A stretch of DNA of 64,000 nt, taken from assembly GCA_001179505.1 (NCBI GenBank), contig CDMY01000656.1:62001-126000 (forward strand). Direction: 5' to 3'. Both the position numbers and the translations under genes were made by a program. Origin of the DNA: Vitrella brassicaformis CCMP3155 (lineage: Eukaryota > Protista > Chromerida). Below the pieces are notes generated by a model. The model was not told the origin of the DNA and ran no database searches. It worked only from the letters and a program-made list of their open reading frames with translations. How positions within the stretch are numbered: position 1 is the stretch's first letter; every line of letters begins with the position of its first letter. Below are positions 21,340 through 35,800 of the stretch, in pieces.

Positions 21340-22680
21340 ATGACGCTCATATATGCCCTTGTGGCCAGGGGTGAGGACGAACGACGCAGGAGCACCACAT
21401 TGCTTGACTCTCTGTGCTTGTGTGTATCCGTCCGTCCAGGGAGGACGGTGTTTGCGGAACACACCGACAAGTGAGTCGTCTGACAGGCGGGGGAGGGAGG
21501 GAGGGGTGAGGAAGAGATCCATTGAGATCTGTGTTGCTTGTCTGTCTGTCTGTGTATCTGTCTGAAGGATTGGCAACTTCACCACAGTGACACGGTGAGC
21601 AGGACACAGGGGAGTTCACGGATCACCAAACCGTCGCAGTCTTGAAACACTGCGTGTGACGTTGTTGTTTCGTTCTCTGCAGTGTGCTACTGGGGAAGCT
21701 GCCGGAGGACCCGCCGCGAATGTCGTACCTGTACGATGGGTAGGCCACTGATTCATCCCTGCCCCTCACGACAGACAGCAGACACCTCACTCAGCACGGT
21801 GTGTTGCTCTCTGTCTGCCTGTGCGTCTGTCTGCAGGTACGTGTTTCATTATCTGTACCACGCGGGCCTCACGTATCTGGTCATGTCGGAGCGGGAGGCC
21901 GGCAGGCGGATACCCTTCGCATTCCTGGAAGACATCAGCCAACGGTACGGCAGACACACACACACACCGATCGATCGACCGATCAGGTGGCACATGAGCG
22001 AATCGTGGACCTGCAACCGTTGCAGGTTTGAGTCTTCGTACGGTGATGTGTATCGCCACGCCATTGCCTTCGCCATGAACGACGAATTCGCACCCGTCCT
22101 CGCTGAACGAATGGTAGGCAGATCAACACTGACACGACAGTGCCCTACGCACACAATCAGTGGTCGTGTGTTGTGTTGTTCTGTGTGTTCACCTACACAC
22201 ACCATCAGTACTTCTTCAACACGTCCCCCGGGGCAGACGAGTTCAGCCGCGTGAGGTCGCAGATCGACGAAGTCCAAAACGTCATGATGGACAATATCGG
22301 TACACACACACACACGTGCATCTCTCGGGGGCATACTGACTGTCTGCCCGTGTTGGGTGTGTGTATGTGTGCCGCAGAGCGGATATTGCAGCGTGGCGAG
22401 AAGATCGATCTGCTGGTGGACAAGACGGAGGACCTCAACAGGAGCGCATTTGAGTTCCGGCGGGGCGCGCACCGACTCAAGCGGACCTACTGGTGGAGAA
22501 ACGCACGGCTGCTCATGGCCATGATACTCGGCGCCGCGGTATGCGTGTGGCCACGATAAGTGTGGGTCGGTCGTGCAATGTGTTGTGCTGTGTTGTGTGT
22601 GGCAGATCTTGATCTTTATCATCGTGACGTGGTCGTGCGGTGGCTTTGACTACCACCGATGCAGACCACGACACAAGTGA
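21340..22680 (+). CDS. VAMP7: Longin R-SNARE, VAMP7/VAMP71-72-like (multi-exon)
   Basis: MTLIYALVARG...GNFTTVTR...MSYLYDG-YVFHYL...TYLVMSE...RRIPFAFLEDI (longin domain). [36 protein letters not shown]...F...A.RLKR..WWRN (synaptobrevin domain). C-terminal TM plus short Cys tail. Confidence 0.95.
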
Positions 22681-23359
22681 CTCCGAGTGATCCGTCAGCG
22701 TCAGCTGATGTGTGTGTGGTCGTTCGTCACCGAGTACAGGCAGAGAGGGAGGGAGGGACCCGGGGTGTCAGTTAGTGCTGTAAGTAAGGTGTAGGCAAGT
22801 GTGCAATGTCAGGTTTCGGTTCCGGTTTCGGTTTCGTTGGTGTGTATAAGGGTCAGCATCGGTGGATGCTCGTGGTGTTTTTCGTGGATTATATCGGCCG
22901 CCTGTCTGCCCGTCCGGCTCATGGGTGGCGGCGAGAGAGCAAAAGCGGTCTGACTCTTTCTTGGTGATGCCGTGAATGCGTGTGCCAATCCCGACCTGTA
23001 CTAACCGTCCAGTGCCCCGCGAGGCACTCAAGGCGCCGCATGCCACAGACTGCGCGCTTTTGGGTGGGGGCCATGGGGGTCGCAATCAAAAGACGGGACA
23101 GAAAGCAAGACATGAACTCGTCACGAGGGCGTCTTGGTCATCGCGCTCACGACAAGAAAGAGATCTCTGAGGCCCCCGGCCCCTGGTGACCCGCTCCCTG
23201 CACAAACACATCGCATCAGCAGCTGAGGGGCAGGCAATCATCTCTTTCTGCTCCAGAAAGCTGAGCTTATGGAAGCTGCATAGCGGTGTTCCCGTGCTCG
23301 CACCCTGAGAGGCCTTTCCCTTTAGCTATTGTGGGTGTCGCCGGAGTCTCAGACCGACA

Positions 23360-25915
23360 ATGAGGGGCTCGGGTCTCTCGTGGTTTATGGTGGCTCTGCT
23401 GGTTACCTCTTCCTTCCCCCTTCTGCATGCCCAGACCTACACTCTCGTTTTCGACCCGGACCCACCTCCGTCCGTGGCCCTGGGTGACTCCTTAGCCGTG
23501 GATGTGCAGGTCCATAATAGTCTACTTCCAGGACTTGATACCGGCATTGGTGGGATGGACGTCCTGCTGCTGCTCAAACCTGCCGTCGGCGGCTGCTGCA
23601 CCTCAACCGTCGGCTTGTTCGGCGCACGCAAGCAGGGAATCTCTCTTGGAGTGGCAACTTTCACTGGGCTGAGTATCAACGAGGCGGGCGAGTACATACT
23701 GGAGGCCTTCATCCACGACTCCCCCCCGGGAGGGGCGACCGTTGCGGGCAATTCGAGCAGTTTTGTGGTCGATCAGGTGCCCGACCGGCTGGCCTTTCGC
23801 CAGGCGCCTACATCTGGCATTGCTGGGCAGCCATTCGCCGACATGCCCATCGTCGCTGTCCGCGACTCGCCCGGCAACCGGCGAGTGCGCACATACACGG
23901 GAGACATCCACCTCTTCTTCAACGGGCCAGCGGGTTTCACCGTCACGGGCATCACCACACAGACCGCTGTTAAGGGGATTGCTCAGTTTTCATCTCTTAC
24001 GGTCGATACGCCGGGCAGCTACACTATCACGGCAGTGGCACAGGACCCTGGGATCACTGCAGCCACGACTGCGTCCTTCACGGTATTGGCCGGGACTGCC
24101 ACAGCCCTCGCCTTCTCAACGCAGCCTGTGGGCGATACAGGAGGGCAAGTTCTCTCCACCTCGCCGGTCGTGCAGGCCGTGGACAGCACTGGAGCACCGG
24201 ATACGACTTTCAACTCCCCCATTACCGTCACCCTCCTCACCAGCGGCCCTTTGCTGCCGCCCGGGGCGGGGCAGACGACATGTGGCGGCTTGACTATGGT
24301 GGGAACCAAGACCGTCGGCGCAGCGCCCAGCGCGACCTTTAACGATCTTGCTATCGACCGAGCGGGCACCTTCCGGCTGCAAGCGACGGCGCACGGGCTC
24401 ACGACGGGCATCTCTGACCCATTCACCGTCGCGGTCGGTATCCCTGCGGGGATTGTGTTCACTCTGCAGCCGCCCCCTCGCGTGACAGTGGGCAGCAACA
24501 TCCAGATCGACTTGCAACTTGTGGACGCGGGAGGCAACGACTGGACCACTACACCAAATCGCGCCGTGACCCTTGACCTGTGGGATCCATCCAGTGGGAG
24601 TTATGTCACGTTGGGAGGCCTGCCGACCCCTTCATGCACCACATCAAGCGGCGCCTGCTCTATCGCAACTGTGCGAGTCCCCCAGGCCGGCAGCTCCCTG
24701 CAGCTCCGCGCTAGGGTGACTGCCGACACTCTGGAACAGTTTTCCTCTTTTTTCGACGCCTCATTCGACTCGGGCATCGAAGTGACGGACGCCGGCGGCA
24801 CCTGCCTCTCGCCCCACGCGACAGAGACCAGCCCTCCGACCATTGGCATGACCTACCGGCTGCGTCTCACCCGGCCGCCCATCGACGACGTCGATATCAC
24901 GCCGGTTGAAGAGGGGGGGCCCACATACCTCACCTTTGCGCCGACCACACTCACCTTCACGGACAGCGACTATGCCACTCACCAGACCGTCGCCGTGACT
25001 GTAACCAACTTCAACGTCAGGGGTCCTGCGGTGGTCACCGTCACACACACCCTCACCAGCACCGACCCGGCCTACGCGCAGAACGTGCCCCAGTGGACAG
25101 CTCCAATGGACGCCACCGGCCGGTTGCAGCTCACCATCTCCGGCGACGACGGCCCCCACCTGGTGCGGCTGTCCCCCTGGGCCGTCCAGGTGCGCGAGGG
25201 CGCCTCAACTACATACGGCATTTATCTCGACGCCGAGCCCGCTGCGCCGATAGAGATCTTGATATCGCCGCCATCGAAAGTGACGGTGTCCGATCGGACT
25301 GTGACGATCCTTCCTACCGACTGGACGGCTCCCGGCTCCGCAGCTGTCAAGACCATCACGGTGACGCCTGTGCGAGACATCGTCAAAGGGGCCACCTCCA
25401 GGGAATTCTTCAACATCCAACACCACATTCTGTCTTCAGGGGGAGAGGGTCTGTCCCCCACTACGGGCGACGTGACTGTGGCTGTGCTGGAGGCCGATGC
25501 CGAGGTGGTGCTGGTGGACCCCGTGGCGCTTGTGGCGGTCGAGGGGAATTCGGTGTCTTTCGCCGTCGCACTCAACACGCCCGCGACGGGCACGGTGACA
25601 GTCACCACCACTTGCGACGGGACCTACACGCAGGTTGCCGGCGGCTCACCTTTGACTGTAAGCAGGGAATGAGGGCATGTAGATCCATACAGCTGGCCAG
25701 TAAAGCGGCTTGCGTGTCTGTGCTCTTTCTCTCTCTCAGTTCAACTCGGGAAACTGGGCGGTTCGTCAGACAGTGGATATCATCACTTTGGTTGAGGACG
25801 ACGACACGCTGTTTGATACGGTCGCCTGCACGCTGGGCGTCACCGGCTACGCGAGCGCATTCGAGCCATCAGAAACCGTGTCCGTCACCGTTGGTGCGTG
25901 AGACACACACGCACA

Positions 25916-25952
<37 letters not shown>

Positions 25953-26217
25953 CAGTGCAGAAGAGGCATCGTTGGATGTGTGTGTTGGTTCGGTGGTGCA
26001 GTGCACCAGATCTGCCCACTTGGGACGTTCGGCCCCGACTGCGCCCCCTGCCCGGTAGGGTCGGCGTGCTTCGCCGGCGACGTGTCCACGTGCTACCCCG
26101 GCGAGACCATGCACCCCAACAAACACATCTGCATCCCATGCCCTCCGGAATACATGTACACATCTACAACACACATGCCCTCTCTCACCAAAGTGCACGC
26201 ACTCGTGGTCTCCCCAC

Positions 26218-26250
<33 letters not shown>

Positions 26251-27627
26251 TGTCTGCAGGTGTCCGACCGCAGATGTGGAGCCCTTCTACTGCGAGGCGG
26301 GCACGTACGCCCTAGGCAATGCGACCGAGTGCTCCCCGTGCCCTCGAGGCAGCGCCTGCCCCGGACGCGGTATGGACCCTGTGCCCTGCCCACCGGGATG
26401 GTTCTCGATCGAAAACTCCACCAGCTGCACGGCCTGCCCCAAGGGCCACTATTGCGACGACCCTGCTGTGATGCCTGTGGCATGTGCCACTGGGGAGTAT
26501 GCCATGGGGCAGGCTATTGAGTGCATCAGCTGCCCCCCTGGTGGGTGGATTGGGTGGGATGAGTGAGACACATGCCATGTCCACGAGTGTGTGTGATGGT
26601 TGGGTGTGGTTACAGGTTTCTTTTGCCCCGATCCAACGCGCATGCCCCAGGCGTGTCCACGAGGTGAGTGCGTGTGCGTCGTAGTGGTGGCGGTGCACCG
26701 ATCCACCTGTGTGTGTGTGTATATTGTGTGTCATACGCAGGGACGTACAGCGAGATGGGGGAGACCAACTGCACTTCCTGCCCCGCGGGGGAGTCGTGTC
26801 TCGAGCCTTTTATGTCACCTCCAACCCAGGTATGGACTCACACACCCCGTGCACATTGGATTGGTCTTCCTGACGGTGGTGGATGGGATGGTGGTGTGTT
26901 CAGACGTGCCAGCTGGGTACCTGCTCTCTTGCAGGCGACCCCGAGTGCCGGCCATGCCCCAGAGGTGAGCAAAGCAGGTCCCCTGGATTGGCGGATGGTG
27001 CATTGGGTTGGGTGCAGGCTACCACTGCCCTAACAAGGATGAGGAGCCCGTCGCGTGTGAGCCGGGACAGATCTCAGGGACAGGGAGCACGACATGCGAC
27101 GACTGCCCTGTGGTGAGTGAAGCAGCCGGGCGGAATAACACACATTTGGCCAGCCAGCCATGTGTGCCTCATTTCTTTCTTTCTTCCGTTCTGTCCAGGG
27201 CCATCGCTGCCCGGCGCCGTGGGGCCCGGCCAGGGAGTGCGAGTTGGGCGAGTGGGCTCCGGCTAGATCGACAAAATGTGACCGGTGCCTCCCGGGAAAC
27301 ATTTGCGCCACGACACACAACGCAGTGAACCCACTTGGAGATGAGGAGTGCCCCATTGGGTTCTACTGCGAGCCGGGGCTGCCGAGACCTTGCCCTGCGT
27401 ACGTAGGCACACGTGCAATGGGCAAGGCGCGACAGAAAGAGATGAATTTGTGGATGTGAATCCTTTGGCTGCGTGCATGTGTGTGTGTGTGTGTGTGTGC
27501 AGGGGGTATTACAATGACCTGCCAGGGCAAGGCTCCCTGGACAACTGCAAAATCTGCACTGCTGGCAAATACTGCCCCGCTGGTCACACACACTCCCACA
27601 CAGAAGCTCACTCGCTATAAATGTCTC

Positions 27628-27660
<33 letters not shown>

Positions 27661-29781
27661 CTGTATGCAGGGTCTGTGGCGGCCGACCACGACTGTCTGC
27701 CGGGCTACTTCTGCCCCGAAGGCAGCAAGAACCCGGGCGACCTCTACCACGCCTGCCCGGGGGGCACATACAATCCCTCAGCCGCACAGGTCACACACAC
27801 ACGCACACACACACACACACACCATCTCTCTGTGTGTGTGTCTGTGTCTGTGTGTCGAATGGGTGGCTCTGTTCTGGTTGATGTCTCTTCCTTGGCGCGT
27901 CCCTCCATACTCACTCCGTAGGGCACGGCCCCTCCCGTCCCTCCTGAAGACGATTGCCTAGCGGTACGGGCAGCCGACGAGGAGCGCATCCTCATGCTTT
28001 CTCTCCTTTATCTCCCCCTGTCTGCATGGCGTCTGTGCCCCACTGCCTGCGTGCCTTCAGTGTGCCGCCGGCATATTGTGTCTCCCTGCGAGCAAGACCA
28101 ACACGATGCTCTGTCCCTACGGCTACTACTGTGAGAACAGCGTCAAGCACGTGGACTACCTGGCTCCCGCCCCCGCCGGCAAGTACACCGGCAAGACCGG
28201 CGGACGCACCAGCGACGCCGACATGGAAGGTCAGTCATAAGTGCGTCAATGGATGAGCGCACAGAGACAGGACTCCCTCCCTCTCCCATGTGTGTGTCTG
28301 TGTGTGGTTGCAGATTGTCCCAGAGGGGCGTATTGCCCCGAGGGCAGCTCTTACCCTCTGTTGGTGAGGAGACACGGAGGCGTACTTCTTTCTTTGTGTG
28401 CACTGACTGGGCGTTATGCAGTGCCCACCGGGGACCTTCAATCCCGACCAGAACGAGGTGGACGAGACCGCGTGTGACCCGTGCACGGCAGGGTATGCCT
28501 GCCCCTTCGCTGGGATGACTGCCGGCAACACCGTCAAGTGCGCAACGGGGCACTACTGCCCAGAGGGAACCAGGTGGGCAGGCAGGCAGGCAGGCAGGAC
28601 ACACCGATCCAATTGAAGACTGTGTGGGACGGGGTAGGTATGCGACGCAGTTCCCCTGTCCGCGTGGCACCTACACCGACTCGGAAAATCTCGCGGCCGA
28701 AAGCTCGTGCGATCCATGCCCTGCCGGTCACAACCACACCCACAGAGAGAGAGAAAGAGGGAGACCAGATTCCCACACTGTGTGTGCGTGTAGGCAAGGC
28801 GTGTGACTTCGGGACGGGGGGCACGAGCAAGCCGCCCCAGCCATGCGCCCCGGGCTACTACTGCCCGACTGGCGCCGACACTGGCACCCAATACAGGTTC
28901 CAATACCCGGTAGGCACGCGTGCACATCTGGGGGTTAGCCTCTTACAAGCGCTCACACACACTCACACACACATTCACTTGGCTGAGATGGCTGCAGTGC
29001 CCAGCGGGCACGATGTCTAACGGAACAGACTTGACGAGTGACACAGAGTGCGGCGACTGCCCAGGTCAGCCTACAGATATAGTGTGTCTCTGTGTGTCTG
29101 TGTATGTGTTTGTCAATGCACGTCTCATTCCGTGAGCCCTTCATCTCCTTTCAGAGGGCCTTTACTGCACCGGCGGCAAGCCATTCGCCGACGGGAGATG
29201 CCCAAAGGGTCCGTGAGTGAGGCACGAGGCGCGAGACATCAAACAGAGAAACGATAAATGGTGCAATGATCTGTCTGTCTGTCTGTCTGTGTGTGTGTGC
29301 TGCGTCTATGTTGGTCAGGTTACAAATGCCCGCCAGGGACGCAGTACGCCACGCAGTTCCCATGTGACGCCGGCTCATACGGCGACCGGTAGGTAACACA
29401 TGGATCGAGCTGTATGACTTCAAAGACCCTGTCGCTCTCTCGCCCTGTGTGACATCTCTGTGTGGCCATGTGTGTGTGCAGCACCGGCCTTCCAGACCAG
29501 GCCAACTGCACGGCCTGTCCCAATGGCCACTACTGCGTGCCGGGCACAGTTCGGCCCATCCCCTGCCCCGCGGGATCATACGCACAGGACAGCACCATCG
29601 GAGGGGCGGAGGCCGCTGGTTCGGCTCCGCCCTTTCCCTGCATACCGTGCGACGCCGGCAACTTCTGCCCCACGGGCAGCGTCGACCCGATCCCATGTGG
29701 AGTGGGATACTTCTCGCCTCAGGGGGCTTCCCAATGTAACAAGGGGTCGGGATCGGGGCCGGGCGTGGCGGGTTGTTTATG

Positions 29782-29817
<36 letters not shown>

Positions 29818-32751
29818 TGTGTCTCGGGGGGCTGGTAGGTTTGAAGTGTCCGAAGGGGCACTACTGCGACTCGGCCACGACAGATGAGACCACCATGCTG
29901 AATACAAACTTGTGCCCGGCGGGGACGCTGTGTCCTTATGAAGGGGTGAGGCGGTTGGGCGGTGAGACACAGGGGGGCGTGTACATGCCACATGGGTGTG
30001 GGTGTGGTGTGTGTCAGATGGACCATGTGCCAGATACTACTACTGACCCTTGCCCATCGGGGCACTACTGCCTGCTGGTCAGCCTCATTCACACACACGG
30101 ACAGCCGGTGTCTCTGATGAATCAATCGCCTTTTCCCTCTGTCTGTCCCTTGCCCTTGACCTTTTCCCAATACACACAGGGCACCGAAGTGAGCCTTCAC
30201 CACTCAACGCTCCACCGAAACAAAGAACCCCTGTCTGTCTGGTCTGTCTGACGCGCCTTTGTGTGTGTGTGCCATGCAGCGTCCCACGCCGTGTGCAGCA
30301 GGTTACTACAACCCCAATAACGGCTCCGGCCTCCCAACGGCCTGCATAGCAGCCGACCCCGGCACGTTCGTCGAGCGAGAGGGCCTATCTGCGCCGAGCG
30401 GCAAGTGTGCCCCACACCACTACTGCGACCAGAGCCCCGACCCTGCCACTTCGCCCACCGAGAAGCCATGCACGCCTGGGACGTTCAAGTCAGAGAGGGG
30501 GGGAGGGAGGGAGGGAGGGANNNNNNNNNNNNNNNNNNNNNNNNNNNNNNNNNNNNNNNNNNNNNNNNNNNNNNNNNNNNNNNNNNNNNNNNNNNNNNNN
30601 NNNNNNNNNNNNNNNNNNNNNNNNNNNNNNNNNNNNNNNNNNNNNNNNNNNNNNNNNNNNNNNNNNNNNNNNNNNNNNNNNNNNNNNNNNNNNNNNNNNN
30701 NNNNNNNNNNNNNNNNNNNNNNNNNNNNNNNNNNNNNNNNNNNNNNNNNNNNNNNNNNNNNNNNNNNNNNNNNNNNNNNNNNNNNNNNNNNNNNNNNNNN
30801 NNNNNNNNNNNNNNNNNNNNAGCAGACAGGGAGGGACGGAGGGAGGGAGGGAGGGAGGGAGGGAGGGGAGAGGGGCAATGTCCCTGTGTGTGTGTGATGG
30901 GTGTGATTGGTGTGCAGCTTCGCTCCCGGTGCCGTCGCCCTAGCGGACTGCACCGACTGCCCTGGTGAGATCTCTTCTGATCGAGAGGGATGTGATTGGT
31001 CGCATTGTGTGTTGACTGACCACACAGCGGGCTACTACTGTCCGATGGAGTATGTCGACGGCGTCTTCTCGACGCACCCCTTCCCCTGCCCAGAGGGACA
31101 CTTCTGCGACCCCCGGACAAGCGACCCCTCACCATGCCCAACAGGCAGGGACACACCACTCCACTCACCGCATACAATTGCAAGTGTGTGTGTGTGTGTG
31201 CGTGTGTTGGCCGTGCAGGCACCTACCGCCACCGCATCGGTGCTCACAACCAGAGCGAGTGTGTGCCGTGCCCCGGGGGAAGGTTCTGCGACACCACCGG
31301 CCTCATCGCACCCTCCGGACCGTGCGATGCTGGGTGAGGGTGTGGATATGGGTGTGAGGACCATTCCATGTGTGTGTGTGTGTGAATCGATGCAGCTATC
31401 TGTGCATCATCGGCTCCGACACCCCCCAGCCGAACGATACCGTCATGGGCGACGTCTGCACCCCCGGCGGCTACTGCCAGCAGGGCACTACCGTCAAAGA
31501 AGTCTGCGAGCCAGGTACACACACACCACACACCACACCCTTCCCGTCTCAAACACACTACAACCTTCCCCTCTGTCCTTGCCCTTGTCCGTGTGTGTGT
31601 GCCAGGTTTCTATAATCCCGATCCGGGCGGCCGCACGGTCGGTGACTGCATCCAGTGCCCCGCCGGCCAGTACTGCTCCGGCTCCAACCTCAACACGCCC
31701 AGCGGCCCCTGCGATCCAGGCTACTACTGCACCGGCACATCGGGCCTGCCCACTCAGTTTGAGACTGGCCCGGGTCAGTACTCTGAGAGCGGGGCGGCCT
31801 TCCCCGAGAACTGTCTGCCTGGGACGTACAACCACATGTACAAGCAGAGTGCTTGTCTGCCCTGCCCGGCGAGGTATTACTGTCCTGAGGAGACGCTGAC
31901 GGCGCCGGTGCAGTGTTTGCCGGGGTTCTTTTGCCAGCCCGGGGCCTACACCTTCACAGAGGTCGGTGACAGCCACGGAGACACACACCTGCCCTCCCCT
32001 CTCTCTCTCTCTCTCTCTCTCTAACTGTGTGTTGTGTTGTGGTGTGTCAGTGTCCCCAAGGCACCTATGGCGCGTTCCCTTCCCGCAGCTCGGCGACCGA
32101 GTGCTTCCCATGCGACCCTGGTGAGCAAGGAACAGCCTCACGGTGGGTGCAGTGCAGTGCGTGATTTGTCCAATCTCGCTGTGCAGGCTACTTCTGCGAC
32201 GCGAGCGGGAAGACAACTTACACGTGAGTGGCTGGCTATCAAGCGAAGGCCAGCCACATCTGTGTGTGTGTGTGTGTGTGTGCAGTGGTCCGTGTGCGGC
32301 CGGCTTCTACTGCACAGGAGGGAGTCTCACTGACCGCCCCGAGCTCGGCGACATCCACGGCGGCCCATGCCCACAGGGACACTACTGCCCACCTGTAAGT
32401 CACCAAACCCCCCCACCACCACCATCCCCACCACCCACAAGCCCACACACTCTTCTGTGCTGTGCCTCCCTCCCTCTCTGTGTGTCTGTCCCGCGTCAGG
32501 CATCGACTCAGCCCATCCCCTGCCCCATGTCGACCTACAATCCAAGCTCGCGGAAGCAGGCCGACAGCGACTGCCTGACATGCCCGTCCGGCAAGTACTG
32601 CGCGTCGATGGCCCTGACAGCCCCTGAGGGGGACTGCGATGCGGGATGGTTCTGCCCCGACGGCAGCACCTCCCCGAAGACGACGGTGTGTGACTGGGGC
32701 GAATACTGTGTGGCGGGGAGCGGGGCCAATCTAACGTGCCCTGCCGGTGAG

Positions 32752-32810
<59 letters not shown>

Positions 32811-35800
32811 CAGAGAGAGAGAGGGGACGAGACTGGAAGGCCGTGTCTCTGTGTGTCTCCCTGTGTGTGTGTGTGTGTGTGCGTGTAGGGGAGTACAACA
32901 ACGCCCCTGGTGCTGACTCGTGTGACCCGGTGAGACACGTGACAAACACCCCAAACAAAGCAAATCGGCGTGATGCGATCGATGCGCCTGATGCCTCATC
33001 CCCCCCCCCTCTCTCTCTCTCTGTCCTTCTCAGTGCCCATACCGATTCTGGTGCCCCTCGGGGACCTACAACTTCACCGAGAACCTCTGCCCCAAGGGCC
33101 ACTACTGCGGCGTGGGCACCTCCACCGGCACACAGTTCCCATGCGACGCCGGCAGATTTAACAACGTCACAGGTGCCTACAAGACCACCGAGTGCCAGCA
33201 GTGCCCACCCGGCAAGTACTGTGACACTAGTGGGCTCGAGGAGCCCACCGGGGACTGCGACCCGGGCTACTACTGCCAGCAGGGGTCTGAGAGCGCAACG
33301 CCCACGGGGAATGAGTGCGCTGCCGGGACATACTGCCCGGCTGGCACTCCTGACTTTGTGCCTTGCGACGCTGGTGGGTCGGTGGCTCTGGGAGAAAGGG
33401 GAGGAGTTTGTTGCACCACTCTCAATCTCTCTCTATGTGTCTGATGTGTGTGGGCAGGGTATTTCTGCAACGATACAGGCCTGGCGAGTCCCACCGACAT
33501 CTGTGACGGCGGCTACTACTGCGAGGAAGGCGCTAAGGGCCGCACCTCAGCCGGTATGTATGTATTGTCTGTGCGTTTGTGTGAGCAATGCCGCGTCTTG
33601 TGTGTGTGTGTGTGTGTTGGCTGGGCGAATTCATTAATCAATCAAACAGAGGACAGTGGCAACGTCATTCCTTGTCCTGCGGGCAGCTACTGCGAGCCCG
33701 GCAGCACCTTCCACCGCCTCTGTCCCAACGGCACCTTCTCAAGCGCGACAAACCAGGACGAACGAAGCGACTGCCAGGACTGCATGCCCGGAAAGTAAGC
33801 AAACCAGCCCCCTCTCTCCCCGCACATCCCCCCCTCTCTCTCTCTGTATGTGTGTGTGTGTGTGTGTCAGGTATTGCGCCGAGGCCGGCTTAACAGCGCC
33901 CTCAGGCGATTGCGAGGCGGGCTTCTACTGCCCCGCGGCCTCTGTGTGGAAATACGGAATCCTCTGCCCGGCGGGCAAGAAGTGCCCAAGCGGGTCGGCC
34001 ACACCGCAGAGCTGCGACACTGCGGCCGAGTACCAGCCTTTGCAGGGGCAAGCGGACTGTGTGGCGTGTCCTCCTGGGCGCCTGTGCAATGATACTGACA
34101 GTGTGCCGTGCCCGGAGGGTCACTTCTGTGCGGGGAACGTGCAGACGGCTTGTGGGCCTGGGAGCTACAACAACTTTACTGGGGGGTGGAAGCCGGATAA
34201 TTGCACGGCTTGCCCGCCCGGTATGTCTGTGTGTGTGCGTGTGCGTGTGCGTGCACGTGTGTGTGTGTGTGCCTGGGGGGTGGTGGGGTGGGTTTATTGA
34301 TGCGCCTCTTGTTTGTTGTGTGTTTGTGTGGCGCAGGGAGGTATTGTGACAGCAGTGCTATGACTGCCCCTGGGCCGGACTGGTATGCACCGCACAGACA
34401 GCACACACACACGCGCACACGCACCAACACACGTGTGCTGCGTCTGGTATTTGTGTGGGTGTGTCTCCTTCTCCCCTCTCTCTGTCTCTCTGGCCTTGCA
34501 GCCCCGCTGGCTACTTCTGCAGAGGAGGTCAGCTGCCCATCATCTCCCCTCCCACATCCCCCTCCTTGACAAGCGAACACCCCACCACACCACACCCTTT
34601 CTCTCTGTGTCCGTCCCTCCCTCCCTCCCTCCCTGTGTGTGCAGAGACACCGGTGGAGTTTCCCCTAGACCCCGCCACAGACAACGGGGGCGGCTGTGAA
34701 AAGGGCTACTACTGCCCCCCGGGATCCACCAGCCAACTCGACTGCCTCCCCGGACAGTACTGCTCCGTCGCCTTCGCCGCTGCGCCCACGGCCCTCTGTG
34801 CGGCGGGGTTCTTCTGCAAGCAGCGGGCGCTGACTGCCCAGCCGCTTGTGAGGGAAGATCGGAAATGTCCTTCTGCGAGGCTGTATGGGATATGCCCTGA
34901 AGGTCAGCTGTGGGCAGGGTGTGTATGTCTCTCTCTCTCTCTCTCTGTGCAGGTCACTACTGTGAGGAAGGTACGGCAGATTCCGTCCGGTGTCCAGCCG
35001 GCACCAAGAAGGAGTGGGGCGGTGTGTCGTCGACCAGCGGCGCCAGGAACGTGTTGGGGTGCAGCTCGTGCCAGGCCGGCAGCTACTGCCATGGCACCGC
35101 ACTCACCGTCGCCACATCCGGCGTCTGTGTGGAGGGATACTACTGCCCTGCTGGGAGCAAGGTGCGTGCAGCGTGCAGACGGACACAGGGAGGGAGAGAG
35201 ACACCACACCCACCTGTCTGTCAATCAATTGTGTGTGCAGCAAGCCCGGGAGAAGCTGTGTCCGCCAGGGCACTACTGCGGCGAGGCCAGCGGGGACAAG
35301 AGACAGTGCGAGAAGGGGCAGTACCAGCCGCTCTACGGGCAGACCACATGCGACCCGTGTGTGGCAGGTGAGCACCATGCTTAAGACCCCACCACAGCCC
35401 CCCTCCCCATCCCCCACATACACACACATCGACCCATCGGTAGTCGACATGAATCTTGGGGTGGGGGTCGTCAGGTCAATCGTGTGAGGACTTTGCTCTA
35501 GATCACACCCAGGAGTGTGAGCAGGGAATGTACTGTCAGGCCGGCGACAAGCCAAAGGTAGGTTTGGTAAGGTGGGAGTGGTGTGGTGACCGCCAGAGAG
35601 AGAATGATTCAAGCAAGCAACTCCACCAAAGAGAAGATGGTACTGTTTCGCTTGCCTCTTCTACGCAATATCAGAACTGCCCGATCGGCACTTTTGGCAA
35701 CGACGTCAACCTCACTGCCTTGTTGGAAGTCAGTATGAGAAGACACAGACACAGAAACACACACACACACACACACAGAGAAAGAGAGAGAGAGAGAGAG

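Noticed and set aside
30481-30880. Poly-G/GGGA region as a G-quadruplex element or hidden insertion
   Set aside because: It flanks an assembly gap inside an intron, so its true length and content are unknown.
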